From: a bacterium
GTDB lineage: Bacteria > SAR324 > NAC60-12
Direction of reading: 5' to 3'
Length of the DNA: 64,000 nt
NCBI GenBank assembly: GCA_965205865.1
Contig: CBDBHR010000017.1
Span: 1 to 64,000, forward strand
Under the pieces are notes generated by a model. It did no database searches, was not told the DNA's origin, and saw only the letters and a program-made list of their open reading frames with translations. Position 1 is the stretch's first letter. Every line of letters begins with the position of its first letter. The position numbers and the translations under genes are program-made. Below, piece after piece: positions 10,123 to 21,307 of this stretch.

Positions 10123-11178
10123 ATGCCAAATGTAATAAATACCTTTGCAGATTTTTTAAACAAACCCGTAAAAGAAAGGCTTTCTTATTATGAAAAAAAA
10201 GGACGTCTCTACCACATTATGATGTCCCAACAGTTCTCACATGAGTTTCTTGAAAGATTATTCAATACGGCCGATTTGATCAAATATATCACTCAAAAAT
10301 CCGATGGCGTGGAATTTCTGGCTTCCTTGTTGAGACACAAACGGGCGATGCTCTATTTCACACAACCTTCTACGCGAACTTTCCTGTCTTTCTTGAGCGC
10401 CTGTCAAATTGTAGGAATGAATACGGGTGAAGTGCGCGATCCTGCATTATCGTCTGAAATAAAAGGGGAAAGTCAGGAAGACGGATTGCGTACTTTCAGC
10501 AGCTATTTTGATATCATTATCATGCGAGACAGCAAAGCAGGCTTTTGTGAATACATGTCCTATTTGCTGGATCTGACTGGGAGAAGCGTTCCCATTGTTA
10601 ACGGAGGAAGTGGAAAAGATCAACATCCAACCCAAGCTTTACTAGACGTTTATACGTTGCATCGTTCTTTCCAAGATCAAGGGGGTATTCCTGGAAAAGT
10701 CTACGGATTTGTTGGAGATTTGTTGCGGGGTCGTGCGGTTCGTTCTGTTATTTATTTATTGACGCGATACAAGGATCTGGAGATGTACATGGTGGCTCCT
10801 GCCGGTCTGCAAATTGCTCCGGATTTGGAAGAGTATTTAGAAGAAAACAATGTCAAAGTTCGCATAAGCGAGTGTTTGGAAGAGGTACTCCCTCATGTGG
10901 ATAGTCTCTATATGACTCGAATCCAGGATGAGTATGATCTTTCAGGGGAATCATCTCTCATCGATTATTCCAAATTCCATCTGACACCGAAAAATATCAA
11001 TCTCATGAAACCGAAAGCCATCATTTTGCATCCTTTACCCCGGCGAGATGAAATTGATCCCGTACTCGATTCGGACCCAAGGGCGATGTACTGGCGGCAG
11101 CTCCGCAATGGGATGTACATTCGTGCTGCTTTGCTGCTATATTTGTTCGAAATGGAACATCGTCTGATTGACTACTGA
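10123..11178 (+). CDS. pyrB: Aspartate carbamoyltransferase catalytic subunit
   Basis: PSTRT, KGES, HPTQALLD, VGDL, YMTRIQ, HPLPR motifs. Confidence 0.92.
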   Translation: MPNVINTFADFLNKPVKERLSYYEKKGRLYHIMMSQQFSHEFLERLFNTADLIKYITQKSDGVEFLASLLRHKRAMLYFTQPSTRTFLSFLSACQIVGMNTGEVRDPALSSEIKGESQEDGLRTFSSYFDIIIMRDSKAGFCEYMSYLLDLTGRSVPIVNGGSGKDQHPTQALLDVYTLHRSFQDQGGIPGKVYGFVGDLLRGRAVRSVIYLLTRYKDLEMYMVAPAGLQIAPDLEEYLEENNVKVRISECLEEVLPHVDSLYMTRIQDEYDLSGESSLIDYSKFHLTPKNINLMKPKAIILHPLPRRDEIDPVLDSDPRAMYWRQLRNGMYIRAALLLYLFEMEHRLIDY

Positions 11179-11243
11179 AGTCTGATTTAAGGAGGACAGT
11201 CCGCTGAAGCGGGCATGTCGAATCGGTTTGATGAAGGGTTCTC

Positions 11244-12749
11244 ATGAAAGAATCTCAGATTCCCCCCAAACAATTCATTTCCCGTAATTTCGCTATCATT
11301 CTCGTTTATGGCAGGCCACCTCTGGTTTTTGTTGGAATGCTCTGTGCGATCACAGTCATGCTCACAAAAAATCCGGCCGTCTATACATTCGGGGTGGTTT
11401 GTTTATTTGGGGCGATGTCTTTTGATCTGGTCGATGGCTGGTTTGCCGCAAGATTCCATCCTCATTCCAAACTGGCGCATTTGGCAGACCGCATCATGGA
11501 TAAGATCGTCTATTCGATCATCTTCCCTTTACTCACACTGGGCATGATGTGGCGATTTCATTTCATTGAATCAGAGAATTCCAATCAGGCGTTTTTGCAT
11601 GTCATTTTCGTACTCATTTTATGTGTGAGTGTGCTCATTCGTGACAATTTTGCCCATTTCATGCGTAATTTTGCTCTGCGCAAAGGTGAAGATGAAGAAA
11701 TGACGGAAATCACCAGGCTCCGCACCATTGTTGCCGCACCAGTCGCCGCCCTGCTCTATGCTCATGCTTTTTATGTACCCGTAAGGCCTCCCTCCGCAAT
11801 TTATTTCTGGATTTCATGGTTGGGAAATATTCCTCTTCGTTTTTTATTTTTTTTTGAAATTCTTTTTTTAATTATTAATTTTGGTTCCGTTGCATTGTAT
11901 TGCCGAAAATATGGCGCCTATTGTCTGGACGACTTATGTCTGGGGGATGAAATCCTCAGGCGGCGCATCCTATCTTTGTTTCCTAATGCCCTCACGGTAA
12001 TGAATGCCATGATGGGGATATTGGCGATTTTTTTTGCGTATCAGGAACGGATTTTGGAGGCATATTTGATTCTCTTGGGAGCTGCCATGTTTGATAAGCT
12101 TGATGGCGCAGTGGCGAGGAAATTGGGCTTGAATGACCCTCAACCCAATGCAGAAAGTCCTCAACACATTACCTTTGGCGGCATATTGGATGATATTTCA
12201 GATGGAGTCAGTTTTTGCTTGGCACCAGCAGTAATCTTTTATGTCGTCCTGCAAAATATTCCTAATGAACTCATTCAACACTTGCCGTTTGGATGGGTGG
12301 CTCTATTGTATGCTTCTTTAGGCATAGCCAGGCTTATTTATTTTACCATCGACCGCGATCCAATTCCGGGCTTTTTTAAGGGGCTGCCAACACCAGGTGC
12401 GGCACTTTGGGTGACGGCTCCTTTGATCATGCTAAACGAAGCAGTAACCACTTCATATAACCAAGTCTGGTTTTGGGGGATTCTCAGTTTTGGCTTAATG
12501 ATTATTGCTTCGGTTTTGATGAATTTTTATCCGGTCCGTTATATCCATTTGGGACGGTTGATGAGTCGACAACCCTGGTTTTTTCGATTCACTATTTTGA
12601 TTATCGCGCTCTTTGTCTTCACTCCCTATTTTGGGCATCTGGCATTTCTTTGCATGACCTTCTATGCCATCTCTCCTCTTTTAACCTGGCGTGTTTCTCC
12701 TGAAATCGCAGAGAGAGAAACGGTTAATAAACCTTTCACAAATCCCTGA
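11244..12749 (+). CDS. Two-domain CDP-alcohol phosphatidyltransferase (PgsA-like plus PssA-like)
   Basis: Two CDP-OH motifs: [10 protein letters not shown]...ADRIMD and DKLDGAVAR...[18 protein letters not shown] and FFKGLPTP are typical of PssA. Confidence 0.82.
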   Translation: MKESQIPPKQFISRNFAIILVYGRPPLVFVGMLCAITVMLTKNPAVYTFGVVCLFGAMSFDLVDGWFAARFHPHSKLAHLADRIMDKIVYSIIFPLLTLGMMWRFHFIESENSNQAFLHVIFVLILCVSVLIRDNFAHFMRNFALRKGEDEEMTEITRLRTIVAAPVAALLYAHAFYVPVRPPSAIYFWISWLGNIPLRFLFFFEILFLIINFGSVALYCRKYGAYCLDDLCLGDEILRRRILSLFPNALTVMNAMMGILAIFFAYQERILEAYLILLGAAMFDKLDGAVARKLGLNDPQPNAESPQHITFGGILDDISDGVSFCLAPAVIFYVVLQNIPNELIQHLPFGWVALLYASLGIARLIYFTIDRDPIPGFFKGLPTPGAALWVTAPLIMLNEAVTTSYNQVWFWGILSFGLMIIASVLMNFYPVRYIHLGRLMSRQPWFFRFTILIIALFVFTPYFGHLAFLCMTFYAISPLLTWRVSPEIAERETVNKPFTNP

Positions 12750-12754
12750 ATAAC

Positions 12755-13774
12755 ATGGAAGAAACACGAGTCGTCAATCCGGAAGTACAGATCGGCGAAC
12801 AATATGATCTGTCATTGAGACCAACCAAGTTGAGCGAATATATAGGGCAAACGGAAGTCAAGGGGAACATGCAGGTTTTTATTGAAGCCACTAAAAAACG
12901 AAGGCAGGCCTTGGATCATGTCCTCTTAAGCGGTCCTCCCGGCTTGGGAAAAACCACCCTGGCAACTATCTTATCCCATGAATTGGAGGTGCCCCTCCAT
13001 GCCACTTCAGGACCTGTAATTGAACGCCAGGGAGACCTTGCCGCAATTCTGACTAATCTGGAATCCGGTGCTATATTGTTCATTGATGAGATTCATCGGA
13101 TAAATCGGGTTGTAGAGGAAGTGCTTTATTCAGCAATGGAAGATTTTACGTTGGACATAATGATTGGTCAGGGACCCGCTGCCCGGACCATCAAATTGGA
13201 TTTGTCTCATTTTACGCTGGTGGGAGCAACCACAAGGTCCGGCTTGCTTTCCAATCCACTGCGAGAACGCTTTGGGATTCACAGTCGACTGAATTTTTAT
13301 GCGCCTGAAGAATTAAAGATCATCCTCCTCCGTTCCGCCGCAATTCTGGGAATTGAGATCACGGAGGAAGCGGCGTTGGAACTTGCCAGATGTTCTCGAG
13401 GCACTCCCCGCATTGCCAATCGTCTCTTGAGACGTTGTCGTGACTTTGCCGATCTGCAAACCTCCGGTGTGATCACCGACTCATTGGTGAAGAGTAGTCT
13501 TGCCCGATTGGGAGTGGATGTATTGGGATTGGATTCCATGGATCGTCTCATATTGGAAGTGATTATCGATAAATTCGGAGGAGGGCCTGTGGGTCTGAAT
13601 ACTTTATCTGCTGCCGTTTCTGAGGAACAAGACACCTTGGAAGATGTTTATGAACCATACTTGCTCTTGCAGGGCTTTTTGCAGCGTACCCCACGTGGTC
13701 GGATGGTCACTGCAAAAGCCTATCAGCATCTGGGATTGCAAGATCAATCCCCGGATCAGATGAAATTGTTTTGA
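12755..13774 (+). CDS. ruvB: Holliday junction branch migration helicase RuvB
   Basis: [42 protein letters not shown]. Confidence 0.97.
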   Translation: MEETRVVNPEVQIGEQYDLSLRPTKLSEYIGQTEVKGNMQVFIEATKKRRQALDHVLLSGPPGLGKTTLATILSHELEVPLHATSGPVIERQGDLAAILTNLESGAILFIDEIHRINRVVEEVLYSAMEDFTLDIMIGQGPAARTIKLDLSHFTLVGATTRSGLLSNPLRERFGIHSRLNFYAPEELKIILLRSAAILGIEITEEAALELARCSRGTPRIANRLLRRCRDFADLQTSGVITDSLVKSSLARLGVDVLGLDSMDRLILEVIIDKFGGGPVGLNTLSAAVSEEQDTLEDVYEPYLLLQGFLQRTPRGRMVTAKAYQHLGLQDQSPDQMKLF

Positions 13775-13788
13775 ATTTCAGGGATTTG

Positions 13789-14136
13789 TTATTTCACTAC
13801 AAGCAAAGAATTCACTTCCATTACACCTTTCACTTCTTGAGCAATCTCCACGGCACGGTCGGCAATTAGCTGATCAGAAAGTGTCCCGGTCAAGGTAACC
13901 AAACCCCGATAAGTGTTCACATCGATATCGAATATGTTGATTTGCTCATCCGCAAGATAGAGTGTATTGATTTCCGTGGTGATTGCGGTATCCTTGAAAA
14001 TCCTTTTTGCAGTTCTTTCATCTTTGCCTACTAGATAGCCTCCTACCGCAGTGCCTCCTATGAGGACAACAGGATGGCATCCCGCCAGAAAGATCATGAT
14101 TAGGATAACAAAAAATAAATTACTATACTGCTTCAT
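13789..14136 (-). CDS. BON-domain lipoprotein
   Basis: Lipobox LAGC; DTAIT...IDVNT..G.VTLTG...A..IA..V.GV..V. Confidence 0.85.
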   Translation of the reverse strand: MKQYSNLFFVILIMIFLAGCHPVVLIGGTAVGGYLVGKDERTAKRIFKDTAITTEINTLYLADEQINIFDIDVNTYRGLVTLTGTLSDQLIADRAVEIAQEVKGVMEVNSLLVVK

Positions 14137-14478
14137 ATCATTGCTCCTTTAAAAATAATGTTCCCGTTGTCGTAAACAACGGATCAGATCGCCGGACTTA
14201 TTCAAGGTACTCTTGCCCGACCACAGTCTCCACTGACACGATTGGATATATAACTTGTATGCAAAAGTCGGGCACACTTGCCAAAACACAAATGACAAAA
14301 TGTTAATAAAAGACTATGGATTGAATTCTTTCCGTATAAAAATACCATTTTTAGTTTGTTGCGCTTAAAGTTACGCTTTATTCGGCGAGAGCTCAGGAAA
14401 ATTGGGGACAAGGGAATATTGAATATGATAGAGTATCTCACTTGTATTAACGTTCAGCAAAAAAGATGAAAGGAACAT

Positions 14479-15213
14479 ATGTCCACGATTCGCGTACTCG
14501 TCAATGGTGCTCAAGGAAAAATGGGTCAGGAAGCTAGTAGGGCGGTGGAAGCAGAAGAAGGATTGACACTAGTTGCCCAAACAGACCTGGAAGATGATTT
14601 AGGCCAGTGCATTTTGGATTCGAAAGCGCAGGTCGTGGTGGATTTCACAACAGCGACCGCTGTTTTTGAGAATACAAAAACAATCATTGCATCATGCGCT
14701 TGTCCGGTGATTGGTACCAGTGGACTATTGCCGGCACAGGTGAAGGAGTTGCAAGAACTCTCTAGTACTAGATCCTTAGGAGGTTTGATCGCTCCCAATT
14801 TTGCGATCGGTGCAGTTTTAATGATGAAATTTGCCAGGGAGGCGGTTCGCTATTTACCGAATGTCGAGATAATTGAACTGCACCATGATGGCAAGGCTGA
14901 TGCTCCTTCAGGGACAGCGCTCAAGACCCTGGATATGCTGGCGGAAGCTCGGGAAAAAATCCCGGCTCCACGACAAGAAAAAGAAATTCTTCCAGGCGCC
15001 CGAGGGGCGAGCCAACATGAAATTCATATTCATTCCGTTCGCTTACCGGGATTGGTGGCCCATCAGGAAATCTTGTTCGGTGGAAACAGTGAAACCTTGA
15101 TCATCCGCCATGACTCCATTCATCGAGCATCCTTCATGACAGGGGTATGTTTTAGTTGTAGAAAAGTAACTGAGTTGAACGAACTCATATACGGGCTGGA
15201 ATACATCTTGTGA
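14479..15213 (+). CDS. dapB: 4-hydroxy-tetrahydrodipicolinate reductase
   Basis: GAQGKMG, DFT, IGTSG, APNFAIG, ELHHDGKADAPSGTA. Confidence 0.96.
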   Translation: MSTIRVLVNGAQGKMGQEASRAVEAEEGLTLVAQTDLEDDLGQCILDSKAQVVVDFTTATAVFENTKTIIASCACPVIGTSGLLPAQVKELQELSSTRSLGGLIAPNFAIGAVLMMKFAREAVRYLPNVEIIELHHDGKADAPSGTALKTLDMLAEAREKIPAPRQEKEILPGARGASQHEIHIHSVRLPGLVAHQEILFGGNSETLIIRHDSIHRASFMTGVCFSCRKVTELNELIYGLEYIL

Positions 15214-15261
15214 AAGCAATTATTCTATTTCTTATTTGACCATTCAGGGTTTGAAATTGGT

Positions 15262-17934
15262 ATGAGTCAACCTATTGCAAAAGCTTACAATCCACAAGAT
15301 TTCGAAGATCGAATTTACCAAAGATGGGAAAAGCACGGTGCTTTCAATGCGGATGTCCACTCTGCAAAAAAACCTTTCACAATATCCCTACCTCCTCCTA
15401 ATGTAACGGGGCAACTGCATGTAGGCCATGCAGTAGGAGTGGCAATTGAGGATGTCTTAATCCGTTGGCACCGGATGCTTGGGGATGAAGCATTGTGGAT
15501 TCCCGGAACTGATCATGCTGCTATTGCAACAGAAAATTTGGTGATTAATAAAATTCAGACCGAGGAAGGGATCGACGATCCTCGCAAAGCACTGGGACGA
15601 GAAAAACTTTTAGCAAGGATTGCTCGGTATGCTCACGAATCGCGAGAGACAATCCGAAGTCAAATCCGTGAAATGGGCGCCAGCTGTGATTGGTCCCGCG
15701 AACGATACACCATGGACCCGCAACTCAATCGTTGTGTCAATCATATTTTTATCCGTATGTTTGAGGAAGGGTTGATTTATCGTGGCTATCGCATAGTCAA
15801 TTGGGACCATGTTCTACAAACCACTATCTCTGATGATGAAATTGAATACAAAACCATTCCTGCTACGCTTTATTATATAAAATATGGGCCTTTTGTCATC
15901 GCCACAAGCCGACCTGAAACAAAGCTTGGAGATACAGGGGTCGCCGTTCATCCCACAGATATGCGTTATCAGCGATATTTAGGACAAACGATTGCGGTGG
16001 AATGGCCCAAGGGTCCTGTCATTCGGGTTAAAGTATTTGCTGATGAGCAGGTTGATCCTGATTTTGGTTCCGGAGTGGTCGGCGTCACACCCGGCCACAG
16101 CCAGGTCGATTTTCAAATGTCAAAAAACCATGATTTGGCGGTTGTTCAAGTGATTGATGAAGATGGGAAAATGCTGGAGACGGCCGGTGCTTATCAAGGA
16201 ATGACAGTAAAGGAATGCAGAGAGGCATTTGTGAAAGATTTGGAAGCGTATGGTTTGATTGAAAAAAAAGAAAGTTATGATCAACCACTGTCCATTTGTT
16301 ACCGTTCGAAACAGCCTATTGAACCTCTTCCCAAAGAACAGTGGTTCATTGATGTGAACCGGGCTGTCATAGAATGGAAAGGAAAAAAGCAGAGTTTAAA
16401 AGAAATTTTACTGGAGGTCATCCAATCAGGACAGATCCGTATTGTGCCGGAACGCTTTGAAAATACGTATTTCCATTGGATTGAAAATTTGCAGGATTGG
16501 TGTATTTCTCGGCAAATTTGGTGGGGACACCGAGTGCCGATATGGTACAGTGATTCCGAAATGCGTCCCTTCCTCCAAACGCCCGAAGAAGATGGTTGGA
16601 GTCAAGATCCTGATACCTTGGACACCTGGTTCTCTTCTGCATTATGGACATGGAGCACTTTGATCGACCCGCAAACAGCTCAAAATTATTCTTTTTCTTT
16701 TGAGGAAATGTTGGAGCATAGTGCAGACTTTCAGAAATTCCATCCGACCCAAGTGATGGAAACCGGATACGACATTTTATTTTTTTGGGTTGCGCGAATG
16801 ATCTTAATGACCGTATACATGATTAGAGATGTTCCTTTTGAAACGGTTTATCTCCACGGGTTGGTCCGAACTCGGGAAGGCAAAAAAATGTCGAAATCCG
16901 ATCCTGCCACCTGTATTGATCCTCTGGAATGTATTGAATTGTATGGAGCAGACGCGCTGAGGATTGCTTTGATCAGTGATACGGCACCGGGGACGGATTT
17001 GAGAATTTATCCGGAAAAATTGGAAAGTTGCCGACGTTTTGTAAATAAAATTTGGAATGCGGCACGTTTTGTTTTGCTTTCCATTCCACCGCAAACATCA
17101 ATCGAGCCCCCATTGGATGTGAAAAGGCCCGTTTCTCAATGGATCCTGCACCGGCTCAATGAGCTCATTTTTTCTGTGCAAAAAAGTCTGGAAAGTTTTC
17201 GTCTTTCCGGTGTTATCGAAAAATTACGTACCTTTTTATGGGGAGATTTTTGCGATTGGTATTTGGAAATGTCGAAAAAAGAGCAACGTACGGATGAAGA
17301 CAACCAAGTACTTGCTTACACCTATACCACCTTGCTGAAACTCTTTCACCCCTACATGCCATTTGTCACTGAAGCCCTGTGGGAAGAATTCAACGCTTCG
17401 GAGATGTTGATTCGCAGCCAATGGCCCCAACCAGTGAAAGCCCATCATTTCCCGGAGAGTGTTACCCGGATTTCGCTGGTGCAGCAAGTAATTATTCAAA
17501 TCCGGATGTTGCGAGATAAAGCCAACATTGGCCTTAATTTAAAAAACAATGCTCGTATAAATTCAGAAAAACATGCGTTGCTCTTCCAGGAACATGAGGC
17601 GATTATCAAACAATTGGCACGTCTGGAAAATTTGTACATTGAATCCCACAAACCGGAAATGACCCATGAATCTTTAAGTTCCTATTTTGAAGACACTCTG
17701 GTGCAAATAGAAGCTTCAGCCGTGGATTGGCAGGAAGAAATTGTAAAATTGAACAAAAAATTACAAAAAGAAGAAAACTTTCTGTCACGAAGTCTTAAGA
17801 AACTAAAAAACGATCAATTTTTATCGAAAGCCCCAGTACATATTGTTGCTGAACTGCGAAACAAGGTCAATTCCAAAGAAAAATTGATCAGTGTCCTGGA
17901 GCAGCAAATTTCGGAATTAGAGAGTCGGAATTGA
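15262..17934 (+). CDS. valS: Valine--tRNA ligase
   Basis: PPPNVTGQLHVGH, DWCISRQIWWGH, LDTWFSS, KMSKS, C-terminal coiled coil with KAP. Confidence 0.96.
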   Translation: MSQPIAKAYNPQDFEDRIYQRWEKHGAFNADVHSAKKPFTISLPPPNVTGQLHVGHAVGVAIEDVLIRWHRMLGDEALWIPGTDHAAIATENLVINKIQTEEGIDDPRKALGREKLLARIARYAHESRETIRSQIREMGASCDWSRERYTMDPQLNRCVNHIFIRMFEEGLIYRGYRIVNWDHVLQTTISDDEIEYKTIPATLYYIKYGPFVIATSRPETKLGDTGVAVHPTDMRYQRYLGQTIAVEWPKGPVIRVKVFADEQVDPDFGSGVVGVTPGHSQVDFQMSKNHDLAVVQVIDEDGKMLETAGAYQGMTVKECREAFVKDLEAYGLIEKKESYDQPLSICYRSKQPIEPLPKEQWFIDVNRAVIEWKGKKQSLKEILLEVIQSGQIRIVPERFENTYFHWIENLQDWCISRQIWWGHRVPIWYSDSEMRPFLQTPEEDGWSQDPDTLDTWFSSALWTWSTLIDPQTAQNYSFSFEEMLEHSADFQKFHPTQVMETGYDILFFWVARMILMTVYMIRDVPFETVYLHGLVRTREGKKMSKSDPATCIDPLECIELYGADALRIALISDTAPGTDLRIYPEKLESCRRFVNKIWNAARFVLLSIPPQTSIEPPLDVKRPVSQWILHRLNELIFSVQKSLESFRLSGVIEKLRTFLWGDFCDWYLEMSKKEQRTDEDNQVLAYTYTTLLKLFHPYMPFVTEALWEEFNASEMLIRSQWPQPVKAHHFPESVTRISLVQQVIIQIRMLRDKANIGLNLKNNARINSEKHALLFQEHEAIIKQLARLENLYIESHKPEMTHESLSSYFEDTLVQIEASAVDWQEEIVKLNKKLQKEENFLSRSLKKLKNDQFLSKAPVHIVAELRNKVNSKEKLISVLEQQISELESRN

Positions 17935-18878
17935 TGATGCCCGGACTCATTCGTACAGCCGTTATCGGGGTGGGACATCTAGGGTGGTTCCATGCGCAAA
18001 AATATGCCCAACTGGAAGGTTGCGATTTAATCGGAGTGGTGGATAAAAATTTGGCAAGAGCCCAATTTGTAGGAAAAGAATTAGCAGTGCCCTTCTATCA
18101 GAATTATAATGCGTTGCTGGACCAGGTGGACGCAGTCAGCGTAGTTGTCCCAACAAAGGATCATTATCAGTTGGCGAAAATCTTCATTGAGCATGGAATT
18201 CATGTTTTGGTAGAAAAACCGTTTACGGCTACACTGGCGCAGGCAAAAGAATTGATCGCTCTGTCCCAATTGTATCATGTTCATCTTCAGGTTGGACATT
18301 TGGAGCGATTCAATGTCGTTTTTTCAAAGTTCCAAAAACTGATCGACTGTCCTCAATATATTGAATGCGTCCGCATTTCCAAGTTCCCAAAACGAGGAAC
18401 CGATATTGATGTTATTCTGGATCTAATGATTCATGATATCGACCTCGTGCTCACTCTGCTCAATCAATCGCCTGTTTCTATAGACAGCGTGGGAACTGCC
18501 GTTTTGACAACCAAAGTCGATCTGGCCAATGCAAGATTGAAATTCGCCAATGGATGTGTGACTAATTTCGTAGCTAGCCGTGTCTCGGATAAATCTGAAC
18601 GGAAGATGCGAATTTTCCAAAAAGGGTTGTATCTGTCATTAGACTATGGAACCGGAAATGTCCGAAAATTGGAATTAGACCCTGAGGAGCGGTTGCAGGA
18701 CGAAGATTTGAAGCCGATGGTATTTCAAATGGAAAAAAACGATGCCTTGCTGGAGGAAATTCGCAGTTTTCTCCATTCAATACAGCACCAAACTCCGCCT
18801 TTGGTCCCCGCAGAGGCAGGATTGAAAGCAATGGAAGTGGCATGGAAAATAAAAGCGCAAATGAAGCACTCGTCTTAA
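17934..18878 (+). CDS. Gfo/Idh/MocA-family oxidoreductase (GnnA-like)
   Basis: GVGHLG, VEKP, VGHLERFN, DLMIHDID; start overlaps the valS stop. Confidence 0.87.
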   Translation: MMPGLIRTAVIGVGHLGWFHAQKYAQLEGCDLIGVVDKNLARAQFVGKELAVPFYQNYNALLDQVDAVSVVVPTKDHYQLAKIFIEHGIHVLVEKPFTATLAQAKELIALSQLYHVHLQVGHLERFNVVFSKFQKLIDCPQYIECVRISKFPKRGTDIDVILDLMIHDIDLVLTLLNQSPVSIDSVGTAVLTTKVDLANARLKFANGCVTNFVASRVSDKSERKMRIFQKGLYLSLDYGTGNVRKLELDPEERLQDEDLKPMVFQMEKNDALLEEIRSFLHSIQHQTPPLVPAEAGLKAMEVAWKIKAQMKHSS

Positions 18879-18904
18879 ACATTGATTTTCAGCAGTTATT
18901 TATC

Positions 18905-19561
18905 ATGAAGATTCCCTATTGTGTACTGATGGTTTTTTGGATTGGGATACAAGGAGGATTCCTTGTCCATGCAACAGAAACTGATATTTTAGAGCGCATT
19001 CAACAACGCTATCAGACAATTTCCAGTTTTCAAGGAAATTTTGTACAGAGCAACTATATTGCCCAACGCGAAAAACCTCGTAAAGCTTCTGGCGTGGTTA
19101 CCTATGCCCGTCCCGGCAAAATGCGGTGGAATTATCACAAACCGGATGAGCAACTGTTAGTCACCAATGGTGAGACTTTGTGGCTTTATGATCCATTATT
19201 GGAAAATGTTACGGTTCAATCCCTGAAAGAGGTCACCCCCGGTACGACTCTTTCCTTTTTACTGGGAGCAGGGAATCTGAAAAATGACTTTGATCATCGC
19301 GCTTTGACCCGGAAATTGATTGACGCTGCTGATATGCTCATAGTGGAACTCAAACCAAAAAACAGCATTGCTGCTTTGGACTTTATTCAACTGGCGATAG
19401 ATCCTGTCACGTTCGACTTTAAACAAATTGCTCTGATAGACATGCAAGGCAATTACCGATTGATCGCCTTTCAGGACATGCAGTACAATCTCTCTTTGGA
19501 TATGAACCAATTCAATTTTGATATCAAAGAAGGAATAGAAGTCATTGATGCCAACCAGTAA
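18905..19561 (+). CDS. lolA: Outer-membrane lipoprotein carrier protein LolA
   Basis: Signal peptide; F.Q, RPGKMRWNY, NGETLWLYDP. Confidence 0.88.
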   Translation: MKIPYCVLMVFWIGIQGGFLVHATETDILERIQQRYQTISSFQGNFVQSNYIAQREKPRKASGVVTYARPGKMRWNYHKPDEQLLVTNGETLWLYDPLLENVTVQSLKEVTPGTTLSFLLGAGNLKNDFDHRALTRKLIDAADMLIVELKPKNSIAALDFIQLAIDPVTFDFKQIALIDMQGNYRLIAFQDMQYNLSLDMNQFNFDIKEGIEVIDANQ

Positions 19562-19582
19562 CTCCCTACGGGCTAAAAAACC

Positions 19583-20377
19583 ATGAGTCTTTTAAGATCT
19601 TCTTTAGGCGAGAATGAAGAATTGCAAAAGATTATGGAAACCGGGCCGCGAAGCGATGGGCGCAGTTTTGATGAACCACGTCCTATTCGCATCGTTTCGG
19701 ATTTCACTATACATGCGCAAGGGTCCGTGCTTGTTGAAACGGGAAACACCAAAGTGATTTGCACCGCATGCCTGGAAGAGGGCGTGCCTGGTTTTATGCG
19801 AGGGAGCGGAAGGGGATGGCTGACTTCAGAGTATAGGATGCTTCCGAGTTCGACCTTGACCCGGAAAAAACGAGATACTTCAGCAAAAACTGATGGTCGT
19901 AACCAGGAAATCCAAAGGTTTATTGGCCGTTCTTTACGTTCAATTGTGAATATGAATTTTATAGGGGAACGAACCATATGGATTGATTGTGACGTGATTC
20001 AAGCGGATGGTGGAACCCGAACGGCTTCGATCACGGGAGGGTTTGTGGCCTTGGTGCTCGCATTGCGGCGTCTATTTGGGGAAAAGAAAATCAATGGAAT
20101 CCCCATCACGCGGTATTTGTCCGCGATCAGTGTCGGAATTGTCAAAGGACGTCCTCTGCTGGATTTGAACTACGAAGAGGACAGCCAAGCAGATGTTGAT
20201 TTGAATGTGGTGATGCTCGAGGACCACTCCCTCATTGAAGTCCAAGGGACAGCCGAAGGTAAACCCTTTTCTCGACAAGAAATCAATACGATGTTGGACT
20301 ATGCGGAAAAAGGATTGATGCAAAATTTTGCCACTCAAAAAAAAGTTCTGGATGGCTTTTTGATCATAGAGGATTGA
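19583..20377 (+). CDS. rph: Ribonuclease PH
   Basis: RSDGR, GNTKVICTA, EIQRFIGRSLR, CDVIQADGGTRTASITG, EVQGTAE. Confidence 0.96.
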   Translation: MSLLRSSLGENEELQKIMETGPRSDGRSFDEPRPIRIVSDFTIHAQGSVLVETGNTKVICTACLEEGVPGFMRGSGRGWLTSEYRMLPSSTLTRKKRDTSAKTDGRNQEIQRFIGRSLRSIVNMNFIGERTIWIDCDVIQADGGTRTASITGGFVALVLALRRLFGEKKINGIPITRYLSAISVGIVKGRPLLDLNYEEDSQADVDLNVVMLEDHSLIEVQGTAEGKPFSRQEINTMLDYAEKGLMQNFATQKKVLDGFLIIED

Positions 20378-20400
20378 ATATCAAACCAGAATATAAATAA

Positions 20401-21273
20401 ATGTTGTTTTCTCCCCTATTGACACTTGAAACCTACCGCCCTTATATTTTTTCTCTGGAAATTCCAGGCATTGGACTCACTCTGGAACCGCGATTTTATG
20501 GGTTGTTTTATGCCTTTGCCATCATTGCCGGGTATAAGGTTCTGATATCAGAAGCAATTCGACGTGAGTTGCCTTTGAACGCGGACCAAGCGATGAACTG
20601 CGTGTTGTTTCTATTCTTGGGAGGGTTGTTGGGAGGACGAATTTATGAAGTGATTTTTGAATGGAATGCCTATTACGCAATCAGGCCATGGTGGGAAGTC
20701 TTTGCCATTTGGCATGGAGGGTTGGCAATTCACGGAGGCATTTTGGGGGGTTTACTTGCTGTATATCTCTATACAAGTGTCAGAAACCTGCGTTTCCTGG
20801 AAATTGCCGATATAGGCGCATTGGGTATAATTTTGGGACAAGCGATTGGAAGGTGGGGCAATTTTACCAATGGTGAAGCTGCAGGCCCAGTTACCAATTC
20901 TTGGACCGGAATTGTTTTTCCTCCCGGGTCTCCCATTGACCTTTATGCCCATGGAGAACCTGTACATCCGACCATGATTTATGAATCGATTGGCAACTTG
21001 ATCATTTTTGCAATTTTATGGAGGGTGCGACTGAAAAATTTTCGTCCTGGAATGTTGTTGTCCCTTCATTTTATTCTCTATTCTATTTTACGCGCACTTC
21101 TCACACCGTTACGTTTGGACAATCAATATTTAACACTGATGGGAATCAAATTATTGGCTCCTTATACAACGGGTGGAATCCTCATTCTTGCTGCTATTTT
21201 CCTGATTTGGAGAGGGCGGCTTTGGCAACATGAAAACCCTGTTGCCCCAGTGAAAACTTCCTCACTCAGATAA
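20401..21273 (+). CDS. lgt: Prolipoprotein diacylglyceryl transferase
   Basis: GGRIY.V, IWHGGLAIHGG, GRWGNF.NGE, HPTMIYES. Confidence 0.94.
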   Translation: MLFSPLLTLETYRPYIFSLEIPGIGLTLEPRFYGLFYAFAIIAGYKVLISEAIRRELPLNADQAMNCVLFLFLGGLLGGRIYEVIFEWNAYYAIRPWWEVFAIWHGGLAIHGGILGGLLAVYLYTSVRNLRFLEIADIGALGIILGQAIGRWGNFTNGEAAGPVTNSWTGIVFPPGSPIDLYAHGEPVHPTMIYESIGNLIIFAILWRVRLKNFRPGMLLSLHFILYSILRALLTPLRLDNQYLTLMGIKLLAPYTTGGILILAAIFLIWRGRLWQHENPVAPVKTSSLR

Positions 21274-21307
21274 TCTTCCGCTGAAAAATTCGTAACTTGT
21301 AAGATTT

